Assembly (NCBI GenBank): GCA_951406725.2
Contig: OX597823.1
Location: 40,300,001 to 40,364,000 of the forward strand
Length of the DNA: 64,000 nt
Direction: 5' to 3'
Origin: Octopus vulgaris
Taxonomy: Eukaryota
Below are positions 42,216 to 54,101 of this stretch, piece after piece. The translations under genes and the position numbers were made by a program. Positions within the stretch are counted from its first letter, which is position 1. Every line of letters starts with the position of its first letter. Under the pieces are notes generated by a model that was not told the DNA's origin, did not search any database, and saw nothing but the letters and a program-made list of their open reading frames with translations.

Positions 42216-43638
42216 GCTTTTTTTTGGGCCCTAACAATACCCACTCATACATATCAACAACACTCACACATAGCCCCCAAAACACTAACAGTCACACTCC
42301 CCACCCCGCATCGTCACATACACGTACACATGCATGCATACACACACATAACGAACAAATGCAAACACACGCTCACACGCACACACACGCTCCTTCACGA
42401 GAAACACTAAATTAGTCTACCCTAAACTACCTAAACTGCAAGCCTTTGTATAAAGCTAGTTACAATGTGATACTTAATTTCAGGTCTTTACCGCCTCAAT
42501 TAACTCTAATGAATTCATTAATATTGTAGAAATGTTGCATTTGATGACGGAGTTTTAGTAATTGATTGTTGTGACGTTGATGCCTTTCTCATTTGTATTA
42601 AGTAATTGAATAACGTAAACCGAAACCAAAACGGTTAACGAATTAGATATCGTAAACCAAAACTAGGCCGAGAACTCAATTCCACAAGAAGTTGCTACTC
42701 CCACGCTATGTTTCTTCCAACTACTATCGTTGGTGAATCCATAGGGACATACGGATAAAATATCTGATAAGCAATGTTTCGTGTCAGTGCAAGAATTGAT
42801 CAGTAAAAACAAGACCGCAAATATAGGACAATGTTTTTCTATGTTCACTCATCCGGTAAAGGATTAATAGGAAGGCCGCCGGCGCATGAATCTACGATTA
42901 TATTTCATAGATTTGCATGCTGCATTTACGCACGAGTTGATTTGTGAAACGTTTGTAACTTTGACAGCCGTGCTTATTTTCCTTTGCCGAATTATCTAAA
43001 GTAATTTATCTGCAAATTAACGTGGAGCACGGAGAAAATAAAATTCCTCGAGAACGAAAAACCTGCTCGGTAAAACTATTTTTAATTAGAAATTTACCTG
43101 AATATTCACTTATTGAAACACAGAAAGAAGCTTTTGTGAGAATTCTATTTACTGATTTTCTTTTATCATTCCGTTATCATCATCATTTCCATCATTAATC
43201 CATTAAAATGATGTTGCATATTTCTGATGCATCAATGGATTTGCTTGCATGTGACTCAGCTATACAGTTACCATTCTTATTCATTTTTATTTCATATCTA
43301 CTCGCGTGCTTGCGTGTATATTCGTAAATGTCTGTGTATGTATGTGCCTCTCCTAATATGTGTAAACCTAACACTAATTTCATTTCGTGTAGATAGCTGG
43401 CCAATTTTTCTTTCTAATACCTGTTTGTCAATCCGTTTGCACCTACATTTCACCGAGAGGGTTCATAGCTTGTTTCTCTTCTTTATAAAACCTATCTACT
43501 CATGACACCGTAAATAATTACTAACGTATTGTTAATTTTGTTGCTCTTGTTTTTGTCGTGTACCTTTCGTTGAAATTCTGCACCGACTTACACATTTTGA
43601 GTACTGTAATTCTCTTCTCTTATAAATGCATTTAATTT

Positions 43639-43730
<92 letters not shown>

Positions 43731-43835
43731 TTTTCTACATTGCGATAGAACTTTCCATATCCATCAACATAAACTTTCTCACTCCTGTATGTTCTGAAAA
43801 TGTAACTTTCCCAAATAAAGTGCAGTTCGTATTCA

Positions 43836-43915
43836 AGATCTGATGAAGCTATAGGATGTCATCCGGTACCCAACTAAGTGTCTACTACATCTGATAGCAG
43901 AAACAGATGTAAGCT
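43836..43915 (+). ncRNA. minimal type I hammerhead ribozyme motif, core intact, stem I weakened
   Basis: CUGAUGA at 43840-43846, stem II gcuau/auagc, GAAA at 43900, C-AGAU-G, GUA triplet, then agcu. Confidence 0.68.
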
Positions 43916-44489
43916 AATGAAATTCATTACATAACATTTGTTTCTTTCTGGTGTCATCTCTATTTTCTATTACCACTCTATACTCATATAACATTATGTT
44001 CTGGACCATACGTACATTGAGTTCTACACCATTGAGTTCTACTCGCAATGCTTAAGTGAAATGTGTGTGTGTGCGTGTGCGTGCGTGGTTTGTGCGTGGT
44101 TGGGTGGGTGTTTGTATGTATGTATCTATGTATGTATTTGTATAAAGTAAAATATGCTTTCGTCGTCGCTTCTTGAATGTGCGAAATCATGTTTCATTTC
44201 TAGATGGCCGACTTTAACTTTCGGTTGACACTCTCCATACATAATAGAGTTGTCGTCATGTTTCTGTTTAATGTTTTGTTTAATTCTCTATTCCAATATT
44301 ATAATGCACGACCACAATCGCCCATTCGTTGATCGCATTTATGAAATTCTCTGAATTAAGTTTTGACTTCAAAATAAGTTTTACTTCTTTCAAATATGTG
44401 GCCTACATTTTTTTCTTCACTTCTTAATGTACTATATCATCAAGTTCTACTATTCGTAGATACATGTATCCATTATCATGAGGTCCTAA

Positions 44490-44900
44490 AATCCTCCATC
44501 TCATCATGGCTACAGTTCCTGGATGGCAAGCCGGTATGGTTTCTCTAGGACACGTCTTTTAGTAGTTCATTTCTTTGACGGAGCTGCAATCTTGGATCAA
44601 GACCAAGATTAGGTACCTGGCACATGGAAAGTCGCCAGGGGCTCACCACATTCTATCAGAGGGGCACAGTGGTCGGTGGGAGGTATATGTAGCAATATAA
44701 AGAAATCCGGAGGTGCATAGATGATGTTCTGGGGTAACGCGGTGTCGAGGTGGATGAACTATTATAGCTGGTCAGTTTCAGACCGAGAACTACCATGGGT
44801 AAGCTTTAGAAATGTCTACCCTGGCAGTTCTTCTGAAGGGCACTGTCACTTCGGGATAAACTTGACAGACACAAAAGTGCCGCCAGGTAAGACTGCCCGT
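44490..44900 (+). pseudogene. second, older L1/Tx1 ORF2 fragment homologous to 1084-1655
   Basis: FLDGKPVW, SLTELQSWIK, RPRLGTWHME, DDVLG, KCLPWQFF*RALSLRDKL parallel YLDGEQVC, SLMDIGPWIK, RPRLEDWQLE, DDVLG, KSLVWQCYHSALPVRDKL. Confidence 0.78.
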
Positions 44901-45609
44901 TATGAACACAGTGCGACTAAATTGTATGTACGTACTCGCGAAATTTACGAATTATGGAGTTAGGTTAAACAGATTTGTTGCATGTAAGACAAATCCGACT
45001 ATCGCTAAGTCCCTTGTGGGAGATAAATGACATTTGCCTCGTTAATTTTACGTCGAGATAAGAACCTTGGGACAAATTAGCGAACAGTTGGAATTCAACT
45101 TGCAACTGAAACAATAGAATGTTTGCATTACAAAATTAATTCTCATCCGTCCTTAACCTCTGATCAAACACCAGCAGGGTATATAGTCATTATAAAAATA
45201 TCGTAGTCATGATATTTAGCTGTCTCTAGCTTTGGGCCACAGGAGCTAGCTTGAAAGCCGGATTCCGTGCGGACTTTAAAGCTAGTGTTTAATAAAATGA
45301 AGACTATTCTAAAAGTTTTTAAACTTGTCCAACGCCATGAGGAATAAAGAAGAGTTAAAATGAAGTGAACTGAAATTTTGTTCTTCTGTCCTTTCCATTA
45401 TTAAATCGTGGTGGTCGTAGTTGGATGGGGAACTTATTTCCCAAATACTTTCGTGGTGTCTCCTGATATCAATCGGTTTTAAGAACCACTAAGTGGGGTC
45501 ATTCATTGGCTTTCATCCTACCTCAATTAAGTGGAAGTTGTTGTTGTTAGCATCTTGGTGCAGTTGTTGTTATTGTTACTGCTGTTGTTGTTTCTGCTGC
45601 TGTTGCTGT

Positions 45610-45705
45610 CTTCTTCTTCTTCTTCTTCTTCTTCTTCTTCTTCTTCTTCTTCTTCTTCTTCTTCTTCTTCTTCTTCTTCTTCTTCTTCTTCTTCTTCTTC
45701 TTCTT
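45610..45705. repeat. (CTT)n, about 32 units
   Basis: Direct inspection. Confidence 0.97.
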
Positions 45706-45984
45706 CCAATCAGGACTCACGCCATTAGCCACAAAGAATAATCTCTAATTCGAGCCTACTCTAAGCTACTAAGAATGCGTGTGGCAACTTGAAGATCCAC
45801 CCACCACACGCGATAGACTGGCGATTGCACGGGCGCGAAAGCTACGTTGTTATCCTCATTCCGTAAACGGTGGCTTTTAAAGGGTTGAGAGCTGAACCAT
45901 CCTGGGGTACAGAGGATTCGCAATCTAGATTAGGGTCTGAAAGTTTACCACACCATAGTGGGTTACACCATGGTTCCTTTGCTT

Positions 45985-46182
45985 TGTGACAGAAGTAGGA
46001 AGAACGAGTGAGAGAAAGTTGTGATGAAAGAGTACAGCGGAGTTCAACCCTTCCCCCACCGGAGCTTCGTGAAGCTTAGGTATTTTTGCTCAATAAACAC
46101 TCAAAATGCCCGGTCTGGGAGTCGAAACCGTGTTCTTACGACCGCGAGTCCGCTGCCCTAACCACTGGGCCATTGCGCTTCC
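45985..46182 (-). mobile_element. SINE family D, 5' part
   Basis: Reverse complement of 57933-58120 (gcaatggcccagtggttagggcagcggactcgcggtcg). Confidence 0.88.
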
Positions 46183-46682
46183 TGCTGCTGCTGCTGTTGT
46201 TGTTGTTGGCTTGTTGATGCTGTTGTTGTTTAGCGCAATTTCAGACATGATTGAGAAGACCTATCAGCGCAATTTGAGATAAGTTTGGCTTCGATTTCTT
46301 GCAGGTCACACTACCATGTGGTGTCTCTCTTCCTGGAATAAGTTCCATTATTGTTGCTAGTGTTGTTGTTTAACTCAAGGCCAGATCTGATTGCGCAAAC
46401 ACACGATGAAATGTATTTTAGCCACGACCATCCCTTCTTTTATTTAGCCATTGTCTTCTATCTAATACTTCACTAGCCTATGTAGACTTACAGCTGGTCG
46501 GGCGATGCAAAGCATCCTCTTCGTTGGTTTGTTTAATCTCGGAATTATATGCATTGCGTATGTTATGATAATGGTGATGAATGGTGATAATTTGTGCTAC
46601 ATGCAGAAATTATTGATCCGGCTACATAACCACAACATTGTTCTAGAAAGATTTCTAAGGCTTGATTGAATCACTTTCTTTT

Positions 46683-47937
46683 GGGGGACTAATGCAGAAT
46701 CGCTCCCTCCTTGAAAAATGCATTTTTTTATAGTCTTGTTTTTCGGATTCCTAAGCTTTAGATAACGGAGATTATGAATATGTAAATCCACCCGACCTTT
46801 TCAAATTTCCCCCCTCTCTCCCTCTCCCCAATTTGAATTTTGAACATTTGCAAAATTTTTTTATTAAAATCACCTTTTCCAAATTTAAAATCCCGACCGC
46901 AAACTTCCCTTGCCCCTAATTTTAAATTTTAAAAATGTTATCCTCACTCTCCAGCGGACCTGAAGCACAGTCCCCAGCCCCACCTAAAATAGACCCTCCG
47001 ATTTTTTTTCAGCGGATTCCTGTTTTCGATGACGAAGATTCCGCTTATGCAAGAAACCACTTTCTCAAAATTTTAAATTTCTCCTTCACTCCCAAATTTC
47101 AAAATTAAAACTTCCTTTCGATTTTTTTTTATTTGTTTTTCAATCTACGTGGGAAAATACGGGGATTACGATTTGAGGGAAAAAATTTCGGAGGATAATG
47201 CAAGGCACAGAAAAAAGGATTTCTTATTCCAATTGATGATAGGAATGAAGAAACTTTGATGGTATTGATAGAAGAATGGACTGAGCCGTGATCAGTAATA
47301 TATTCCGATAAATGGAGTTCGTATAAGAACATTGAAGAGAATCTATGCCTCAAACATTACAGTGTCAACCATTCGGACCATTTCGTTGTCCCCATTACTG
47401 GTTACCTTAGAAACTCTGTAGAACGTATGTGGGCAAATGCAAAAGCCAAATTTAAGACAATGAATGGACCCACAAATAGATAACTAATTGACCAGCATTT
47501 ATCTGAATTTATATGGGCTAGGGCGATTTGGAACAAATGCGTTTTATCATTTTTGGCGTTAAATTGCGTCGCATATGTGTAAATTGTAGATCATATATTT
47601 GATATTGTCGTTTCAGTTTCGATTTTTAATGTATTGCATATTGAAGTGTGGAAATTTCATTAAAGCAGGTATGTAAAGTGCACTTCTGATGTTCATTTGG
47701 TTAAACTGTAGAAATTGTTGTTTTGATACTGCTGTTAAAACCCTGTATTTTCCCACGTCGTTTGAAATTAAAAATTTCGAAAAAAGCTTAAAATAAAAAA
47801 TTTGGTGGTGGGGGAATATAGAATTTTGTAAACGTGGTTCCTTACATATTCGGAATCTCCGTCATCGAAAACGAAGGAATCCGCTGAAAAAAGAGCAAAA
47901 AAAACCGGAGAGGTCTGTTTTAGGTGTGTGTGTGTGT

Positions 47938-47979
<42 letters not shown>

Positions 47980-48195
47980 GGGTGACTGTGCGACAGGTCT
48001 ACCTGAGCGGCGGAGGTGACATTTGCAAAATTTAAAATTTGGGGGAAGGAGAGGTTGAGGTGGGAATTTTAAATTTGGAAAGGGTGGTTAAAAAAATTCG
48101 AAAAAATTCAAAATTTATGATGGGGTAAGGAGAGAGCGAGGGAATTTGAAAAGGTGGTTTTTTTTTGCATATTCGTAATCTCCGATATCTAAAAC
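46683..48195 (+). mobile_element. Merlin (IS1595/ISXO2-like) DNA transposon remnant with about 370-bp inverted arms
   Basis: Arm 46757-47128 is the reverse complement of about 47760-48192 (e.g. cagcggattcc..ttttcgatgacg.agattccg); encloses a transposase fragment. Outer ends uncertain. Confidence 0.85.
47180..47580 (+). pseudogene. Merlin/IS1595-family DDE transposase fragment
   Basis: FGG*C...FLIPIDDRNEETLMVLIEEWTEP*SVIYSDKWSSY...HYSVNHSDHFVVPITG...NSVERMW...HLSEFIW: ISXO2-type SD.W..Y, VNHS and N.IE..W motifs with stops. Confidence 0.9.
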
Positions 48196-48259
48196 GTGGT
48201 CAAGAGTACTCTGCCAAATATCGGTTACATATTAGGTTAGAGAGCCATCAACTTTAAGT

Positions 48260-48700
48260 GAGAGTAGCAGTCAATTACGTCAAACGCAAGAATATATTTA
48301 ATTTATTGACTCAGGAGCTTGAAAGATAGAGTGGACTCAGGTAGGATTTGATCCCAGTCACAGATAATAAAAGGACATAGCTAAATACTGTAAAGAATTT
48401 TGTCTCCAAGCTAGTACCCCCAACAACCCCTAAAAAATATCAATGAGTGTTTGTTCAATTAATTCCACCAAAATGACGTCAGAGAGAATACGAAACTCTT
48501 ACATGTATGCAATAACAATTCTAACATTTGAACCAAACCAGGCATACAGTACAAGAAACAATTACTTAAATCGATTCCAGTACTTAACTGTAACTGACTT
48601 CAACGACTCTAAAACAAAGGCTTCTGTTGAGATTTGATCTCAGAACGTAAAGATGCGTAAACTCAGCCCCCTATCCATTCTGCTGTCCTCCACCCTTAAG
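48260..48700 (-). mobile_element. two very degenerate family A SINEs
   Basis: gatttgatctcagaacgtaaag and aatcgattccagtacttaactg motifs. Confidence 0.6.
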
Positions 48701-49067
48701 TAGATTTAACATCAGCTACAGCTGGAGTAAGTCAGGAGTTGTTGTAAAGGTGTCAATTATACTAATTAAAAGACTAATCATTTTATTAATTGGCTAATAG
48801 GACATACTAATTAAGAAATATATCGCTTTCCAATTGAAGTTGTTTACAAATTAATGTTTATTTATTACTTTTTATGTAGATCTGTCTCAGAAAGTATGGC
48901 TCTTATCAATATTATTTCTTTGGTGTGGTTCTTTCTTTCTTTTTCTTTTTCTTTTTTTCGTTGTCCGTATTACAATTACATATCAATTTGGTGTTGATTT
49001 TATTATTGTCTAGACATCCGCCATCCCGCCAAACCGACATTCCTCGAGTAGACCTTTCATAAAAGGG

Positions 49068-49445
49068 TGTGTAGTTGAAGAAACTCGATTTGTAACCATG
49101 TGGTTTCAGGTTCAGTCTCATTGCGTGACACTTTAGGCAAGTGTATTCTACTACTGTCTCGGGTTGACCATTCCATGGAAATAAATTTCGGAGACAGAAA
49201 CTGTGTGGAAGCCTGCTGTGTATATGCGTATATGTGTGTCTTTGTGTTAGTATTGATTTCACTCAACCCGCTTGATGATTTTATACGTCCATGTAACGTT
49301 GTGGCTCGGCATAGGAGTCCGATACATTAAATTCGTGTACAAAACGCTTAAGTACTGAGGTTGATTGTTCAAATAAAACTCTTCAAGGCAGTGCCCCAGC
49401 ATGGTTGCAGTCCAGTAACTAAAACAATTAAAACATGTAAAAGAT
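49068..49445 (+). mobile_element. SINE family B, degenerate
   Basis: ggttcagtctcattgcgtgacactttaggcaagtg...cagcatggttgcagtcc. Confidence 0.8.
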
Positions 49446-49599
49446 AACTCGTTGTGTGGGAATCCAGTAAGATTCGAAATAAAAATCAACCCTATCAAAG
49501 GCGGATGAACGCCTTGAGAGCCGAAGGTACACATATTCTGGAGTAGGTATAGGTGCTACCGGGTTTATTAAATCATTGAACACTTAAATCGAAGTTATT

Positions 49600-49865
49600 T
49601 CATCATCAATCCCTGTGCACTATTTCCCTTTGTCCTAGGATTCATCCGACCCCTGTTACACAGGTTTTTATGACCGAGATCACAAAATTCCCTTAGAAGG
49701 GGTGACCATCCGTCGCGAGGCTACTCATTTACAGCTGGGTGGAGTAGAGCAACGATGAAATGACGCATTTCGCTCAAGAACACAATGCACAACCTGGTCC
49801 GGTAATAGAAACCACGATGTTCCGATCGTGAGTGCAAGACCCTAACCGCTAGGCCACGTGCCTTT
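49600..49865 (-). mobile_element. SINE family C, degenerate, tail like the 11790 copy
   Basis: ccatccgtcgcgaggctactcatttacagctgggtggagtagagcaacg...ccctaaccgctaggccacgtg. Confidence 0.78.
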
Positions 49866-49904
49866 CCTAATGGAAGTTATGTCAATATTTATTCCAATAT
49901 ATGT

Positions 49905-50050
49905 TTAAGTCCTGAGTTCAAATTCCGTCGAGGTCGACTTTACCTTTCATCCTTTTGGGGTTGATAAAATAAATACTAGTTGTGTACTGGAGTCGAAGCA
50001 ATCGACTTAACACTCCTCGAGATTGCTGGCCTTGTGACAAAATTTGAAAT
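49905..50050 (+). mobile_element. SINE family A, 5'-truncated
   Basis: ctgagttcaaattccgtcgaggtcgactttacctttcatcc...ggccttgtgacaaaatttgaaa. Confidence 0.85.
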
Positions 50051-50639
50051 CAGTATTTATGTTTATATTGAACAGTCCGGTTAAGCATAAAAGATGGCCA
50101 ATACTTAACGGGGTAGAAAAAAATGTTAAAAAGTGACCAGGTAAAAAGTGACCAACAGTAGAAATTCTCTAGGAACGCCTCATTAGGAATTGATTTATCC
50201 AGAATATCCTTCATTTTTTAAGGGGAAATTTGACTTTTATTTCTAGGTGGACGAATAACGAATCGTGATAAAACTGAAGAGGTGCAACTCTGAAGGATAT
50301 CAAGTTCCTGTTTTCGTCAATTCTTCTGATATCTAGTGTATTAACAAGAGACATATATTAAGGTGAACTTTACTCCAAATCAGACAAATTACATTTAATC
50401 TGAACTATGATTTGACTCCAGGCATAAAAAAAAACATTCTCAAAAGATACGGCGAGGTTCAATTTACATGCACTCATACATCACTATTAAAATTTGTCGA
50501 TTCCAAATTAAATTGCGGCATCTATTAAGCTATTATATTTTTCTCAAAAAATCGTGTTTAACATTATGTGAGGGGGAGAGTATATATTTATATATAAATA
50601 CATACACATAAACACATACGCACATACATACATACATAT

Positions 50640-50671
<32 letters not shown>

Positions 50672-51136
50672 GTACATACACACACATATACATATATATA
50701 TATATGTAAGCATGTGGGTATGTGTCTGTGTGTGCGTGTGCGTCTATGTGTGTGTGTGTGTCCATGTGTGTATGCGACTTCACATTTGTCCTTTCGTAAA
50801 AATTTGATTAACTAATGTAATCTTAAGGAAATATTGACACACATATTAGGTATATGCGTGCGTTAGACTGTATGTGTTTGTATATATATGTGTATGTATA
50901 CATGTATGTATAGACACACACACGCAAGCGCACAAGCACATACACACATATGCATGCATATAAGTGTCTAATCTCTTCCATTTTTTATATATAATACAGA
51001 TACACACACACACACATATATATATACACATCTATCAATCTATCTTTCTATCTATCTATCTATATTTATATAAGAATTTTAGCATAATGAGATAAAAAAA
51101 CCAAGGCTGTGTAGATATTAGAACATTTATAGATAG

Positions 51137-51188
51137 GTCTTACAGCTGTTTCCAGAATATTTATTAATTATAGCCCTTCATCGGAGAC
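51137..51188 (-). ncRNA. minimal type I hammerhead motif (CCGAUGA variant)
   Basis: Minus: GUCU-CCGAUGA-aggg...ucug-GAAA-CAGCUG-UA-AGAC; perfect 4-bp stem I and palindromic ACAGCUGU stem III. Confidence 0.68.
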
Positions 51189-51491
51189 GGTGTGCGAGGA
51201 TGGTTGAGCCATAGTTAGTTTAGATGTGATACAAAATAGAGAGTGAGGTGGAGGAAAGAAAATAGATGCGAGATATGTATGTACATATCTTTTTTTTTTA
51301 TCTCATTACACAAAAAATTCTTATATACATACACTGACATAGAACCAACGTTGAACCCCTTACACACGCTGACATAGAACCAACGTTGAACCCCTTATTC
51401 GCAAAATCACCGAATCTGGAACTTAACTATGGTCTGTCTATAGCACTTAATCAGCATTACCTGACACCTTTGGGTCTCAATGACACCATTA

Positions 51492-51596
51492 TCTCTCTCT
51501 ATATAAACGGCAGTTTGTCTGTGCGTGTTTCTGTGTGTCTGTTTGCTTGTACCCTCACCCTGACCACGGCTTTCAACCGATTCTGATGAAACTTGA
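51492..51596 (+). mobile_element. Helitron-like 5' end fragment
   Basis: A|TCTCTCTCTATATAAA...gtctgtg...acggctttcaaccgattctgatgaaacttg, typical of non-autonomous Helitron 5' ends; cut off by the following repeat. Confidence 0.6.
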
Positions 51597-52194
51597 CGCT
51601 CAGGAATATAAATAAAACAAGTCTTTTACGTTTCGAGCCTACGCTCTTCAACAGAAAGATACACAGAAAAGAAACACGGAGAGAAAAAAATGCACGAAAT
51701 TGTGGAAAGTATGAAATGAATGTAAAAAAAAGATAATATATGAGAAAATAAAATAAAACGAACGGGACAGTTTATACGAACAAGTTCAAGGTTGAGAGTT
51801 CAAGGTTAAAAATGTATAGACGTCGTGGTATATTTTTTAAGGATTTCACATCAATAACAAAGTCACTTTGATCCGTGAAGGAGAGGTGCGGCCAGGGTAA
51901 GTATCCAGGAGGTAAAGAAAAGCCAATGTAGAGGTAAGAGTTGATAGTGGTGTTGGTAGAATATAGGATGAAAGTGAGACCACGTAAGCGCGTAATATAT
52001 AACGGGAAGCTTTAAGAAAATAAACAAAAGACGAAGGCAGGTGGAATACAAACAAACAATTGTATTAGTATAGCGCTCAGGAATATAATTAAAGCAAGTC
52101 TTTTACGTTTAGAGCCTACGCTCTTCAACAGAAAGATACACAGAAAAGAAACACGGAGAGAAAAAAATGCAGGAAATTGTGGAAAGTATGAAAT
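51597..52194 (-). mobile_element. retrozyme-like / Penelope pLTR tandem: 121-bp direct repeats (51597-51717, 52074-52194), each with a 38-nt hammerhead-like motif
   Basis: Repeats differ at 4 positions, offset 477 bp; minus motif UCUUU-CUGUUGA-A-GAGC-guag-GCUC-GAAA-CG-UA-AAAGA at 51622-51659 and 52099-52136 (GAAA is UAAA in the latter). Confidence 0.7.
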
Positions 52195-52530
52195 ACATAC
52201 ACACACACACACACACAGAGTCACACACACACACATATACTTCTATGCTACTTTATGAATTAAATATTTCATACGTGTACTCAAATTTAGTATTTCTTCT
52301 GCAAACCGGTCGCAATAAGTTTGATAAGAACCATGCTAAAGGTAAACAGATAATACATTGGTTTCGTAGCTGAACAATGTTTGTTGCATAAACCCCTTTA
52401 GCTAATTGCTACGTGCGACTACCTTCGATTTATTTGCATCACCGCCCGGAAATGAGTAAATGATTCATCAATTTATCCACAGCACAAATAGCAAGTTGAG
52501 CAAAAAAAAAAAAAAATTAACAAATCAGAT

Positions 52531-52937
52531 AGGCGCAGGAGTGGCTGTGTGGTAAGTAGCTTGCTAACCAACCACATGGTTCCGGGTTCAGTCCCACTGC
52601 GTGGCATCTTGGGCAAGTGTCTTCTGCTATAGCCTCGGGCCGACCAAAGCCTTGTGAGTGGATTTGGTAGATGGAAACTGAAAGAAGCCTGTCGTATATA
52701 TGTAGATATATATATATGTATGTGTGTGTATATGTTTGTGTGTCTGTGTTTGTCCCTCAAGCATTGCTTGACAACCGATGCTGGTGTGTTTACGTCCCCG
52801 TAACTTAGCGGTTCGGCAAAAGTGACCGATAGAATAAGTACTGGGCTTACAAAGAATAAGTCCCGGGGTCGATTTGTTCGACTAAAGGTGGTGCTCCAGC
52901 ATGGCCGCAGTCAAATGACTGAAACAAGTAAAGAGTA
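52531..52937 (+). mobile_element. SINE family B, full copy
   Basis: Complete head, microsatellite and tail; imperfect TSD aaatcagat/aaatcaaat. Confidence 0.93.
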
Positions 52938-53394
52938 AAATCAAATGACCAATGACATCAATTATTAGCAAGCAAGTAACCATAAAAAGAAAAAGGGTAG
53001 GTGTGTTTACAGATGTCAGTTTACTGAAGTAGAACTAGGCTAGGTACATGGAAAGGGAGGTGGAGACGAGAAAAGAGAATGAGGGGATAAGGGTGTCTCA
53101 CGACGGGGCAAAAGGATTCATTAAGCTTAGCGTCGATGAGAGAGTACAAGACATACAGGACTGATTGAACATTAAGCAACACAATAAGCAGTACTCCTGG
53201 GGCAGTTGATTTACGGTAATATTACAAAGGAGTACTTAGTAGTACGCATAGAATTGCTGCGGGGAAAAAAATAAACGTATTCAAATGTATATAAAATTAT
53301 GTAACAAATACTCTTTAGCTATGGAGTATATGTAATCTTTATTAACCTCTTCCATACCTTGCATTCTTGGATACACGTTTACATATAATGCATT

Positions 53395-53469
<75 letters not shown>

Positions 53470-53473
53470 CATA

Positions 53474-54042
53474 GGCGCAGGAATGGCTGTGTGGTAAGTA
53501 GCTTGATAACCAACCGCATGGTTCCGGGTTCAGTCCCACTGCGTGGCATCTTGGGTAAGTGTCTTCTGCTATAGCCCCGGGCTTACCATACCTTGTGAGT
53601 GGATTTGATAGACGGAAACTGAAAGAAGCCTATCGTATATATGTAGATATATATATATGTATGTGTGTGTATATGTTTGTGTGTCTGTGTTTGTCCCTCT
53701 AGCATTGCTTGACAACCGATGCTGGTGTGTTTACGTCCCCGTAACTTAGCGGTTCGGCAAAAGTGACCGATAGAATAAGTACTGGGCTTACAAAGAATAA
53801 GTCCCGGGGTCGATTTGTTCGACTAAAGGTGGTGCTCCAGCATGGCCGCAGTCAAATGACTGAAACAAATAAAAGAGTAAGGAGTAAAAAGAGTATACAT
53901 ACGTACATACATATGTGTTTGTACAAGACGACATAAATAATGGTCTTTGCATATGCATTTACATATACGATATATATGTATATATATATATATATATATA
54001 TAGATATATATATATTTATATTCATATTTATATATATATTTT

Positions 54043-54101
<59 letters not shown>

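Noticed and set aside
47180-47580. Bacterial IS1595 contamination or recent horizontal transfer
   Set aside because: Embedded in host repeats, decayed, and explained by the eukaryotic Merlin superfamily.
51331-51398. About 35-bp tandem duplication (ctgacatagaaccaacgttgaacccctt x2)
   Set aside because: Simple two-copy slippage duplication with no further structure.
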